A stretch of DNA of 55,653 bases, taken from NCBI GenBank assembly GCA_000320545.1, contig ADNK01000880.1:1-55653 (forward strand), read 5' to 3'. Source of the stretch: Bigelowiella natans CCMP2755 (Eukaryota; Protista; Cercozoa). Below, one piece after another: positions 37,568 to 50,866 of this stretch (its first letter is position 1; each line of letters starts with the position of its first letter). The notes under the pieces were generated by a model. It was not told where the DNA came from. It did not search any database and saw only the letters and a program-made list of their open reading frames with translations. The position numbers and the translations under genes were made by a program.

Positions 37568-37924
37568 AGAATGTATAAATGGAAGTAATATGAGCAGTTT
37601 CTACGTGTCAGATGACTCGACATGACACACCTGCCGGCGATGGTTCTCTGTACGTCAACACCAATTTGTGACGTACAGGCTTGTTGTATATTGCATCTCG
37701 CAAGTGATCGAATAACGTGTACGCACATGTGTCACATGCATGCAGCTAGACAGCCTGAGGTGTCAAGGACACTCATTAGCTGCGCACTCTGCTGCTGGTG
37801 CTGTGCTTGCGACATCGTTCTATCTCATTAATTTTCCATGCCCTTAGATGCATAATATATGTGATTTTTTATGCGCGTAAGTTTCATCTAGAACGAAAAG
37901 CATGGACATACCAGCAAAAATTTA

Positions 37925-38092
37925 ATTTATTCATTACATCCGTCTCATATTAGCAATTCCATGTATAGCATCGTTGCAGAAACTAATAGGCACAACATAA
38001 GCGCTGTAGCCGCAGCTTTACACGGCTGCATAAGGATGACTATTAAAAAAAATGTAATTGTTTTCATTACATATCACCCGTCTCATACTAGC
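37925..38092 (+). repeat. Dispersed degenerate intergenic repeat, copy 3 (plus a partial copy)
   Basis: TTCATTACATCCGTCTCAT at about 37930; GCGCTGTAGCCGCAGCTTTACAC..AGGATGAC..CACCCGTCTCAT at 38001. Confidence 0.7.
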
Positions 38093-38195
38093 GAGTTCGC
38101 TAATGATCCTAGTTTTTGCAGAGTCCTGCCTTGTCTTTTGTTCGTGTAGTATGCATCGGTGATTGCCCTTCACACGGACCCGTGGTAGAGCTTGC

Positions 38196-39853
38196 CTACA
38201 CCTTCGTTAGTATTGCTAGGAAGAGCCCACTAGTGTGGGAAGTTGCGGGGTCAAATCGTAAGGTGTGCCGCAGAAAACCAGCCTTCGGTCTGAATTTGTG
38301 CTCAACGGAAGTGGCGCCTTCCCCCCCTTTTGCTGGCATAGATGCAGCTTCGTCTTTCGGGAGGAGCAACGGCGGTGGGGGCAAGAGTCGAGCATCTTTG
38401 TGGGTGTCCAGCAGCCATTGAACAATGTCTTCATTTTGCGACCGGCAAAAGCTACAGGTGCTATACCTGAAGGAAACCGGGGTCAGTGGACGAGAGATGG
38501 TGAAGGGGAGGGATTGATAGAAAGAGTGAGCAGGAGAGGGGGAGAGAAAGAGAGACTACAGAGAATGAGGGGCGGCTGTGCAGCGCTATATTTCAGAACT
38601 CGGCACCCCTTTTGATAACAAGACTCTTCTGAACAGTGTTTCGGTATGTATGCTGCAGTGAACATCGATGGGTAAATGCTATCTGCCACTGTTTTGAGAT
38701 AAGGGCTGCAAGCAAACACCAGGGCTGCTGGCTTCTTCGTCGCCAAATAACCGTGAAGATTCAATGCATTAGATTCCATACGAATTATTATTCTGGGTAA
38801 AATTGGTAGATCAGGTTAGGTTAGTGTACACGAGCTTGCCGCCCCGTTGGAGGAGCCGAAACCCGTTCTTTAGCAGGCCACGCTGCAGCTCCTGGAGCTC
38901 CTTCATTCTTTTTGGATCAAGGACCTTCTCTGCGAACTTCTCCCAACGAGATTCACGGAACTTGAGCATGTGCTTCAGCGATCCGTCGTGCGTGCATTCT
39001 GCATCCACCAGGACCCGTTCGTAGCCCCCGTTGTTATTTCCCTGCGGCAACTGAGCCTGCGACTTGCTGATCGATTTGTCGTCTTCGTCGAGGACCTTCT
39101 CCTCCTCCTCCTCCTCCTCCTCCCCCCTCTCCTTCTCGGACATGTCGATGCTCGTGCTGCTGCAACATCTTGTAGTAGTAGTAGTAGTTGTTGTTGTTGT
39201 TGTTGTTTCATCGTCGTCGTCGCTGGTGGTGGTACGTCGTCGCTTGTTGCTCCTGTTGGACTCGTTGCTGTTCTTGCAATTGCTATCCCTTCCTATCGTT
39301 GCTGCCATTATTTTCTTGTTCTTATTCTTCTTCTTCTTCTTCGCGGCTTTCGGGTCGAAGCTGAGCCCTGTACTCTCGTCGACGTGCAGTATGCGGCAGT
39401 GGAGGATCGGCTCTCCGCTCGGTGGCAGGCCAAAACGGGCCCCGTCGCACAGGTAGAGACGCACGCCCATCACGCGGTATCTGTGCATAATTATACATCA
39501 TCTTTAACGCTGAGAACATCCGTACGGAGAACAGCACCATGCGAGCACGTGCGAAAGACGAGGTGACCTATAGCAACATACACGAGGAGCAATACACACA
39601 CACATACACACACACGTGCATACCAATATACAACTACTATTACCTCCACCGTTACTACTACTACTACTACTACTGCTGCTGCTGCTGTTACTACTACACA
39701 CTGGCAAAAGAGAACTTATCCTTGTACTACTTTCTTATGAGATTCCGACACGTGTTGAGCCTTTGTAGCGCCACGTCTACACCGGTTACCGATCCCCCCC
39801 TCACTGATGGGTATATGATAGTGGTGGTGTGGGAAGGAGAGAAATGTTGATTG

Positions 39854-39937
<84 letters not shown>

Positions 39938-41045
39938 GTAAGAGGGAGAGGAGGGGGGGAGGGTAATATCACAGTGATACATGAAGGAAAATATATATGT
40001 ATTACAACCTGTTGTAGGAGCAATGGATGATGGCTTGTTTCTGCCGTTCTCTCCCTCTTCTTCCTGTTGGCCCCTTTGTGGTAACAACAACACAGCAGGC
40101 TTTCCCTGGCTCGCTACAGCTTCGGCAATCATGCAAAGCTTAGCTCCTGGCGCGCAACACAGATCAAGCGCATGCATTCTTACAGCAGAGTAGTAGTAGG
40201 AACAAATAAGGGGAAGGAGGGGGGGGGGAGGAAATGAAGGATGAGGGAAGGAAAAGAAGGTACACTCAACTCGTTATTTCGCAGTGGTGATTGTTGCCGT
40301 CGTCGTATTTATCATCATCATCATTTTCTGCAGTCCGCTAGAATGATCATCTCTTTCAATCCAACCCTTGCTTGAGGTCGAGAGCGTGCACCGCGAAGGC
40401 GGATGCAAGATCAATTCCGAAGAGCTTGCCGCTCTTATACCCTGACGTCCCGTGTAGGCCCCTTGCAAGGCGGAACCAACACACGCACACGCACACACCA
40501 CATATACACACATCACATACACAGTCACAACCATATGAAATCATAGCCAACGGAGAGGGAGGGGTCAGGGGGTCAGGGGTGGCATGCTACTATCCCCTCT
40601 CCTCTCCTCTACCTTTCCTCGGCAAGTTGATAGATTCCAGGAAGGGGCGTTCTCTCGAGCGTTGTCCCAAGCTCAGACTCGATTTCCTGCCAGAGAGGAG
40701 GGTGGAGGGTGCGAAGACGAAAATCAGGATACAGACAGGCAGAATCGCAATGTGGGATGATTTAAGAATCTTGCAAATGACATGGCTACTGTTTTTACTA
40801 CTATTTCCAACGGTAGATGTAGACAGAGAACACAGAAGTGAATTTTTCTTCTACTTACCTTGATGTCCTCCTCTGCCAGGTTCGCCTTCTTCAAGACTCG
40901 AACAAAGCGAGGTACAACAGGTGCGTTATTATCGTACACGCTGACGGGTATGTCATTTTTGCGCAGGAATGCCCGCATCTTCTCTGGGAGGTCAGTAAGC
41001 GTGGTGTCCTTCTCTTTCACATACTGAACATACACCGCTTGGCAT
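38196..41045 (-). CDS. NOL1/NOP2/Sun-family RNA m5C methyltransferase, multi-exon
   Basis: GIDLASAFAV, ALDLCCAPGAK, VTGVD, RVLVDAECTHDGS, LLKNGFRLLQRGGKLV|YSTCS..QNEDIV, LRFDP..TSGLFLA; stop at 38196. Start approximate. Confidence 0.9.
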
Positions 41046-41154
41046 CAATAGAGGATGTTTGTGGAGGAAGAGATAGAAGTCTTGGACGACAACATTTGTT
41101 TTAGAAACGAAAAATGGCGGTGTGTTGAGAAAGGAGCGAAATTCAGTGAGTGCT

Positions 41155-42071
41155 ATGCTTGTTGCAGCATGCCTTTTGCTCGCCTTGTCCGTTAGCACCG
41201 CTCGTTCTGATGGAGTGATCCGTCAGCGGAGGAGGAGGGGTGGTAGCCATGATGATGAGGAAGAAGAAAACGATGTGCAGAAATATTGCCAAGACAGCAG
41301 AGGTTCCTGAGTATTTTGTGGAAGCAGGCTCTTGATACCGGTGATGAGCGCATGATGTGTCTATGTGTGAGTATTGGAGTATTTTGAGTCGTCATTCGTG
41401 TGTCAATGCGTCCACGCGTGTGTCTGCGTGGGTGCCTTCGTGTGCGTACGACAAACCCGAGGAGAAGACGCGAGTATGAATGATGGAGCCCGTTTAGTTT
41501 CACAGTGCAGCGGGGGCCAGTGGTTGCCCCGCTGCTGCAAATAAATGAAGGAAACGTCCAAAGGCGCCGCACCCCCAGTTCTGTTTTGCTTCGGTGCACT
41601 GCTTTCCTTCGAAGAAGTCGAGCGCAGACAGAGCGCCCGTTCGTTCTTCCGAGCCCCTCCCCCGTTGACACCTACGAAAGGAGCATGGGCGGGACTTGAT
41701 TCTTCCTCGGAGCAAGCAGCTTGTGATTTGGGTAATGGAGTCGCATCAACGACCACTTCGATCACCGTACTTGGTCAAAAATATATACCCAGTTAATCCT
41801 AAGTAGTATGCACATGTATATAAATATTTTTCCATATGCATACCTGCACATACATGTAACACATCACTATCCGAGGACCTCCTTTCTTCCAGAATAAATA
41901 TCGAAAACAAAGAAGAGACAACCAGCTCGTTATTTCTCTTTGTTAGATCTAGATCCGTGTATTATCCAGTTCATTTTTTCCACGTCCCCTTTTTTTACCC
42001 GCATATTATTGTTATTGTTGTATTTTTATCAGGACGAAGCTCTCCGAGAAAGGAGAAGCAGGAATTATTAA
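41155..42071 (+). CDS. Possible small secreted or membrane protein
   Basis: Signal-peptide-like MLVAACLLLALSVSTARS; short candidate exons ending DEALRERRSRNY. Middle exons not resolved. Confidence 0.3.
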
Positions 42072-42673
42072 AGACCGTGGAACTTCCAGAATGATGTGGA
42101 GAGAGCATAACGTACTTCTATGGTAAAAAAGATCCTGCGACACAAAAAAAGCTTGTCGCCGTCTAAAATTCCCGACACCTGATCATTAATATTCCCGGAA
42201 ACGCATGGCGGTTGAGGTGAGGTTGGGGGCGGGAAGAGCTTAGGTGGGGTGGATGGGAATCAGTGGGAAATTGAGAACAGATTTAGCTGGGATATAATAT
42301 TATATGTATTTAAGAAAAATGATGCCTATCCCCCTCGCTTTCGACAAGGATGTGAATGAAGACTGGTTGTCTCCGCTCAAAAGATATGCTCCATTAAATC
42401 AGTGCATTGCACCAAGAAGAGTAACATCGTTTTCAGAAAGAAACAGTTACTTGCCTAGAGCGGAAGACATGTGTTCTCTCTACACCTTAAATCTCTTGAC
42501 TTGTTTTTGGGTTTTTTCCAAGCAGACGGCCCTACGAACTGCAGAGTAGCACACGGGCGAACGAACCAACGAGACAATTTCTCTCCACGGGCAGGAAGTC
42601 TGACTGATATCATAAGCTTTGGACACCGATTTGAAATAGGAGTTTGCTCCCCAACTGCACTGATACGACCACG

Positions 42674-43315
42674 ATGGAACACAAGAAGTTTAATGACGGG
42701 GAGGACGACGAGATGATAAATTTAGCCTCTGGAGCCGATCTAGACGTGCTCGAGTTAGTTGAGGAGGAGGATGAAGGAACAGATGGAGAAGGAGAAGAAG
42801 ATGAAGAAGAAGAAGAAAAAAGAGGAGGAGAAAAAGATGATAATGAGGATGATGACGATGATGATGATAGTGATGAAGACGGAGAACACGCACGCAGTTC
42901 ACGCTCCCAAAGTGATGAATCAGCAGAAAGCAAGGAGGGGGGGGGGGGACAATTCCGCTCTGATACGAAGCGGAATGAAGAAAAGGTGGAAGGAGATAGA
43001 AGGAATAGACCTCCTCGAATCACTGTACCTGACAAGCTAGCAAAACCACTTCCCAAGATTCCGATTACAGCGATGGGAAACCTAGACGAAATCAGAGATG
43101 AGGTACAGCGGTTCGCAGACACGTGGCAGAGCAAGCTAGAGGCCATGTCCGAAGGGGTCAGGGACACCGAGGAAGCTCGAAAAATCACCGAGTTAACCAA
43201 CGTAAGAATAACAGCGAAGAAGAAGAGTTGTACTCCAAAAGAATTACATCGTGGGAATGGTGGGGACGCTTGATGTTAACGGTGTCGCAGAGCTTTCCAA
43301 AACTACGATTTTCGG

Positions 43316-43366
<51 letters not shown>

Positions 43367-45589
43367 ATCCGGTGGGCATAAACCCTAGCCACCCGCTTAC
43401 ATGAATGACTTGTTTGTCTTCCCAGTGGATTGTTAAAGTATGCGAGCGCGGATCGTCATCGTCTCCAAAGCGAGTGACAGGCAAAAGTCTGAACAGCATC
43501 CAGAACAGCTTCGCTCATTTTAAGACAAAACTGGACGAAAGTATGTCCGTGCTGATGACAAAAGCGAAGGATTCTTCCGACCGCGACGCTACCTCCATCC
43601 TCAAGGATATCCGGAGCCGATTTAGAAATCTAACCTCGCATGTCGAGAAGGTACTTTGAGCTGTGCGTCGTCGTGTGGTTTTTTATATCACGTTACCATT
43701 TCGTTGTGGCCTTTCTTCCCGTCATTGTCTCTACCGCGACTGCAAGATTTCTCACAGTGGATTGATTGATTGCTCTGTTCGTTTGTCCGTTACAATCATT
43801 CTGAAGAAGGCGACTGTGGATCTATGTGATTTAGCCCTTACTTTTAACCCCATTCTCAGGTGGCGAAGCGCGTGTGGGAGGATCCAGTGGTGAGCTCTGC
43901 CATGAAAAAAGCCAAGAAGTCCGTCGGGAAGGTGATGGGGAAGAAGAGGCTGCACTCAATGGGAAGGCACATCCGCAAGATCTCGACGAGTCTAATGAAC
44001 GGAATCAACGTGGCCACATCGAAGGGCAACATGGCCATGCAGACGGTGCTGGCGGCTTCCAAACTCCAGGCGTTCGAGCACAAGATCAAGACCAGATATC
44101 ACAAAGTCAAGAGGGACGTCAAGCAGACCCTTCTCGCACATATGGAGGCCAGCGTAAGAAGAGGGGGGAATGGGGGGGAGAGGGGGGGAGAGAGAGTCAA
44201 ATTGAGAGGGGAGAGACGTCGAACCTTTGAACATTGGCAGCTCCTACTACTAGTTTCGAGGGTGAGAATGATGATGACGGTGATGATGAATGAGCGATCA
44301 TGGATGGAGACAGAGCCATCGCATAACATAGCCCGTACACCCCCCTCCTCGCTATACAGGTGCGCGACCTCGCCCTGATCCAGCAGGGTGGCAACGTAGC
44401 TGCAAATTTGAAATCATATGACTTCATCCCTTTCGTGGTGACGCCCATCCTCCTGAGCCTGATCAAATACTCCACGCTTATAAACCTGGTCGCCGCGATT
44501 CTCTATACTTTGATCATTCTGTGCCTCCTTGCCTTCGACTCCGAGGATGCCTGCGACGGTATTATACTTGATTCACCACAGTGTCGCCGTTGTTGTCGTG
44601 CTGGTTTCTCTTGTCGTGCCAATGGTAGTAAGGAAAGAAGGCGCCACCGATCTCGCGCGCGCGTGTGCGTGTGTGTGTATGTTTGTGTGTTGACCTCATC
44701 TTCTCCTCCCATCCCCCCTCCTTGGCGACTGGCAGACGGGATTCAGTTTTGGTTCGGGTTTAAAATGTGCTTGGAGACTATGTCGGCAATCTGCTTGTTC
44801 TGGACGCTAATGCTGGTGCGAGCATGGGAAAAGCGCTACGAGGCGTCGTTCGCAATGGCAGAGTCCAGAGGAAATGATATGATGGATGCTGGGAAGGGGG
44901 AGGAAAGCAACGAAGTCATCCAGTTCAAGATCGACCACATGATTCACCAGGGCAAGGACTCTCTGGAGACCTTCCGCGCGGTTGTGCCTCTTTCTTCAGA
45001 TCGTGATGATGATAAATAAATACTAGTAGCCCAAGAAGAACCAATCACAACTATGATCGGGGGAAGGATGCTAATCTGTATGAAATGCGCTCCCTTAGGG
45101 GATCATGATGGTGATGGCGATGTTGGCGGAGATATGATGACATATTTGTATCTAAATCCTAAATAAATATATTCAGGTAACGAACAGTGTGTCCTGGTAT
45201 TGCATCAAGCTGCTCGTGCTCATCACAGTCTTCTACGACATCGGCGCCATCTACATGGCGAACGCCCGCCATTGTGCCGAGTGTGGGGCGACGGTAAATA
45301 GCGACACTAGCCAGCCGAGGAGGAGATGATGATAACAACGAAGATGTTGCGACTAAACTTTGGAATAATGCTACGAAGAATAAACTTATTCTCCACTGTA
45401 TTGGCAGGTCATTGAATTTGGGGTGTATGTCTGGAGTTTCTGGATTGTTACCACGCTGATGTATCGTTGCGGCATCATTGTGTGGAACATATGGTTCTTG
45501 TGCCTTAAGGTGCGACAACGTGCTACATACGTATAAAAGGGAAGTTGTAGCTGTAGTTGGCACGCAATATCGATCTCAGAATACTACTG

Positions 45590-45624
<35 letters not shown>

Positions 45625-47295
45625 ACTACTTCTATTTATTACTATTAGAACTATTATTTACACTGTGTTATCGTAATTTTTTAGTGCCAGTGCTGTCGCA
45701 AGAAAGTGTTAGCTTCCGCGGATGGATGGGACGAGTACATCGGAATAGGTGATAATAAACACTTAATCATGTATCTGTCTACTCTTCCTCCTCCTCCCTT
45801 ATGGCAAGGGCTATCCCTCGTCCCGTCCACCTTCATGGGGGCCAATGATAATGCCTTTTTTTAATTTCGCTTCAAGGTCTTGTGTGCTGCAAACATCAGC
45901 TGTGATGCCTTAAAGAGAACGGCACACCATGCACGTCATGTGCCCATTTTTACTAAATCACTCAATTGTCCGTGTCCGTGTCCGTCTCTTCCTCGTTTGT
46001 GTCTTTGGCTCCTTCGTTCCCCCCCTTTCATCCTCCCCTTCTCCTACCACAGGAATCTGCTCGTATCTGTGCCAAAAGGTCCTCTTTCTAGATATACTCC
46101 CCTCAACATCACGCAGCAGCGCCCAGGCCAAAAAGATAAAGAAGCTGATGAAGGAGCAGATGAATGCGCTGCAGAGGTGGTGATATTGTGATAATATTTC
46201 CGAGCGACGACCTTCAGGAAAACTCTTACTTGGATATGTATATATTCTGACAATTACATGCAGTTGTTCTCCCCCCTCTCTCTCTCTCTCTCTCCCTCTC
46301 TCTCTGTGTGTGACGCGCCTGTGTTTGGTGTTGACTATCAGATATAACGATATTGAGAACAAGATACGCAAGCTAAAATTAGAGATCAGGCAAAATGAGA
46401 GAAAGGCTGTTTTCTCGGTTTGTCGTTTGTAGATGTGTTGGCGAAGGCGATGATGATGATTATGATGATGATTATCATAATGACAGAGCTGCTGCTGCTG
46501 CTGATGATGATGATGATCGATCTGCTCATAAAAATTTCCCATCTACTAAATCTATGCTAACGCATGCACACACATATACAAACGTACATATTATCCTCGG
46601 GTCATTACTGCTCTTTGCGTCCTCGCAGGGTGAGGTGAAGCAGAACGACGCCCAATCATCCCCATTACACTCTCCCAATAGCCCAGCTGCGCGAGGAATG
46701 GCAGGGTGATAGGATACACAATAGAGATCGAGGGGGAGGAGGGGGGGGGGGGGGGAGCGCATGATAAAGCCAACAAACTGCGAAAAAACTTCCATCCACG
46801 TCCATCTCCTCATCGACTTCATCATGCTTCTCCTATGATGGTAATTGATGCGTCTGGTCCTCCTCTTTCTTATACACAGAAAAGTAGGCCTTACTCAGCG
46901 GGAACTTGGCGAGTTTTCATCCGTCATGAACAGGGCCAATGAGACGGTAGTATTTGTTGAAAATAGCAGTAGTAGTAGGAGCAGTGGTGTGTGTCATCAA
47001 CATCGTGAACATCAAGGTTAGTCGCCGTTGTCATTTAATCCGGGAGATTGCGTGATGAGGAATATCTTGTTGATAATTATCATCATCATTATCTCACCAT
47101 CGACATCGCTGTTATCATTCGCTGTTATTATCATCATCACATTGTACACTATTCCGACCACTGTATAAATATCGTCATCGCTACCATTAGATATTGGAGG
47201 AGTTCGAAGGAGTAAGCGGTCGTAGCGCATTTGATGCCAAGCGCGGCGACAAAAAACTTATGGCCAAAAGGCGGGTGGACAGAAAGAACATATGA
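42674..47295 (+). CDS. Hypothetical membrane protein with acidic N-terminus and coiled coils, multi-exon
   Basis: MEHKKFNDGEDD start, long open exons at 42674-43200 and 43860-44155, TM-like exons at 44360-44975; probable last exon ends KRRVDRKNI at 47295. Confidence 0.65.
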
Positions 47296-47499
47296 CGACT
47301 CTGAGGTTGGATTGCACAAGCTCGAGTTGACATTGGCTTCTCGACTTTTGTTTCATCTGCGATGATTCCTCTTTCCGCCTGGTCTGCAGCCCCCCGACAT
47401 TGCTTTTGGAATGAACGAGGTTGTTAGCTGCTCTAGGGCTCCCTGCGTTGCTGCCATTGTTAAACGTCATTCTGTCAACAGTGCATTGCTTTGTGTACC

Positions 47500-48435
47500 G
47501 ATGTCATGAATGGCAATGTGTGACACGCACTGGGCATGTGAGTGAAATGCAAAGTGCAGCACGAATCGAATGCATCAACTCCCGTGACACAATTACGGGC
47601 ACTTCACACAGTGGACACGTGCAACAAAATAGATTCAACATTGGCGCTGTGCATGCTGGCATGGCCGCTGCATTGCACACAGCCACGTGAGGGTGGCCAT
47701 TGAACAAGTTCAATTGATTTGACACGCACTCGTCTTGCAAAGCTTGGCATGCATTGTGGACTGCGTGCACACGTGCACTCTGTCTGCATGCAGTGCATGG
47801 ATGACGACGTGATGTGCACGTGCAGTCCCCATTTTTGTTCTCCCTCGTCAAAGATCGGAAAAGCATTGGTGCACGTCCACACGTGCTAGCTGACCACCGA
47901 TGACGCCGCCAGCGCCTGGTCAGAGGACAGGTGGAGGCCAGCTAGCCAGCTAGCCAGCTGTGTTAGCTGCATCGAAGTGACTAGTGCATCACATGACATG
48001 CGTGTTTGGTGTTGTAAGCTCAAAACCCCACCAGGCAGTGCTCGATCGCAGATCTGATGCTCTAGTCGAGTCTCCAGGAAACGTCCGGGATGTCCGGTGT
48101 CAGGAGGAGGGGTGAACAAAAAGCGTTGAACACGTGACTGTGACTGTGCACGAAGAGTGAGTTGTGCTGTTCTTCTGAAGTTTTTGGTCGCATGATCATG
48201 TCGCAGTGTGGAAATCGACCGTGAACAAGCAGAAAGAGAGGCCGTTGATCAGCTGCAAGTGCTCGTGCTCATCGCAGGGTCCGAACCATCGAAAGGACGC
48301 CTTCCACAACTCATTGCACGATGATGGATGCCTCAACCCACCCCTCCCCTCGCGGACCTGAGCCCCCACTCCCCCCGCATGTTGAAACCCTCGATTCTGA
48401 CTTTTTGTGTGAAGTTGGCTTGTCCGATGTCACGT
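47500..48435. other. TpA-depleted island 2, containing copy 4 of the intergenic repeat (about 47625-47740)
   Basis: Manual count: 9 TA, of which 5 CTAG and 2 other xTAG. Confidence 0.85.
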
Positions 48436-50324
48436 TCGTAGAAGGGGAAGGAGATGTCAAAACGTCGCTGCTACACGGCGCGAAGCGACATCTCGAGCAG
48501 CACCCGGAAGACCAGGCCACTACTGATCCCAAATTTGAGTACGCCGTTGGAACTGTGTGGCAATTCCAACGATGGTTTGTGCACTAGTTTAGATTGATGA
48601 CTCAACGCCATCCTCGCTTTGACTTATCATCATGCTCCACCTTCACAGGTATCCCGTAGGAGGTTGGAAGGACGGCCTAGCTACAGATCCAAAATCTTTC
48701 TCTCTCTCGAAGCTTCCGTCCAATAACCTGCGATGGGTCATTCGGAAGGGATCTGCTTTCGACGAGGACGGATGGTAGTTCGTTCTTTCCAAATTGTTCC
48801 CCCCCCGACGTTCGTAATCCTAGCTTCTGTATTTCGATTTCTCTGGCAGGGAGTATCGTGTTGACTCGCAGACAAGGCTTTATAGGTGGCACAATTCCCA
48901 GAAGTGGTATTCCTTTGTGCGCCGCCGGCAAATAGTTGCTTTTCCCAAGAAAAATGAGGAGAAGCACCATGATAACCACGACTGCCCAATTTGCTATTCC
49001 AGCATAAAAGAGGGGTCCGCGGTAAAAACGGGTTGCAATCATAAATTTCATATTAAATGCATAGAAGATTGGATGGAGAAGCAGAGAAGTTGCCCCATTT
49101 GCCGCAAACTTATATCACGACAAAATCTCAAAGCCCTTCCTGGCCCCGCGGCAAAGGAGATGCTAGAGAAGATGCTAAAAAGATCGAATGCGAAGGAAGG
49201 AAAACTTAATGATGACACAAAGTCACCTAGAGTTGCATTTCAAGAGTGGAGCTATGATGTGGGGAGATTTCTCAAGATGGATACCAGCGGCCCAGTTTGG
49301 CTGGCACTGCACGCTGCCATCGAATTTCTTCAGGAAATCATACTTCCAGAGATGAAGTCGTCACCGATTTATAATAATGTTCGCCGGCACGTACGCGACC
49401 TTCGAGAAACACTTACGGTTCATACAAATGTTGTGAAAGGCTGCAGCGAAGATCTTGCCGTGTTCAACAAGCTCGTGGCTGTCTTAGCTCGTGGCCTAGA
49501 GAACAACCACGAAGCTGAGCGATTGGATTATAGCATTACAGAAGCGATGGATAGGTGTATGCAGGACTGTGAAAGGCAGGAACGATTGCTCGGAGATGTA
49601 ATCGAAAGCCTAAAGCAGCGACAAGATGAAATCGACCAGACCTGCAGCAAAATTATGGCTCTGCTGGAGACCACGGAGGAAAAACGAGCTCCGAATGCCC
49701 TTCGTAATCTTAACATCTAGCTGCCTACAAACATGCACAACACATACTCATTACGAGGTTGAACATGACGAACAACCATGCATTTTTTACATGTGCTTAG
49801 TTTTCGGTGGACTGGCTCTCTTCTCGGTAGGTTGCGCAGTCGTAGCCATTGTTCCGGTCGTCGATGCCGTTGCACTTCCTACGGCCATGAGTTGTGCCGG
49901 TTTCTTCGGTATCAGCTTTCAAGGGTACATGTATTTTTACAAAGTTGTTAGACTCCGTCGAAAGCTAAAGCAAGCCGAAGCCAACCTTATAAGTCTAATA
50001 AGAATTGTGAAGACTCGCAAAGTGATTCTCCAAACCGTTCGTGAGGACTTTCGACGGATCATGGACAAATCGGCCGGAATCAGAACGGATTCCAAACGGC
50101 TTTCATCGTGTACAAACACATTGAGAGAAAAAGTCCTCGGCAGCATTGCCAGTCAGGTTATCGAAATAAAGTTGGAGGAGCTGCAACGTATCACACGCGC
50201 TGGGATGGATAGACTTGAAAGGGAGCAGAGAGAAATTTGTAGAATTAATGCCCTTTCGGCGATGAATCCAGAGATAAAAGAAGGAACAACATGCAAGATT
50301 GCGAGTGAGATTGCTCCCCCGTGA
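48321..50324 (+). CDS. RING-H2 protein with coiled-coil and transmembrane segments (putative E3 ligase); apparent frameshift near 49680
   Basis: CPIC..CNHKFHIKCIEDW..CPICR (C3H2C3). Two inferred 5' exons from 48321. ORFs 48917-49720 and 49626-50324 overlap in different frames. Confidence 0.75.
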
Positions 50325-50866
50325 ATACCCAGACATCAATTCTACTTGCTCATTTTCGAATCTTCAAATAAACCCCTTCCTCGATATCAAGTTAAACCTT
50401 GTTACGCTATCCTGTTATCACTCGGTGAATAAGATATCTCCAACTAGTTATGGAGCCTAACTGTCTTGTATTTTGTATTCAAATAATGGATATCCTCGAG
50501 CCATAGATTTAGGTTCTTGTTTATGTGTAATATTCTCACCTTCACCTCCATTATCTTCACCGGCTAAATCAACCTGTATTCTTTTGATATGAACTGTCTC
50601 TAGTGAGAAACAAGTATTCGATCTAATTTTTGGACCGATTACATCCAATTTCTAAAGTCAGCACAACGTAGGCTAGTCGTGGGAAATGCCAATTCGACCA
50701 CAAAAGTACTCACAATTCTTGCATTCAACCTGCACATCTGCATCTCTCGCATGCGCAGGCTGAGGTCTGTGAGTCACTTTAGACAGAGCATTTGCTGCAC
50801 ATACAGCTAGCTCACATGTATCGCATGCAATGATGACATCTGGGTACAGTACTCTGCTACGGCATA

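Noticed and set aside
38466-38830. Methyltransferase lacking the catalytic TCS motif
   Set aside because: An intron separates GGKLV from YSTCS; the motif is present in the last exon.
49704-49720. 17-nt GT-AG micro-intron rescuing the RING gene
   Set aside because: Removing it gives a frame that stops within about 30 codons and misses the downstream ORF.
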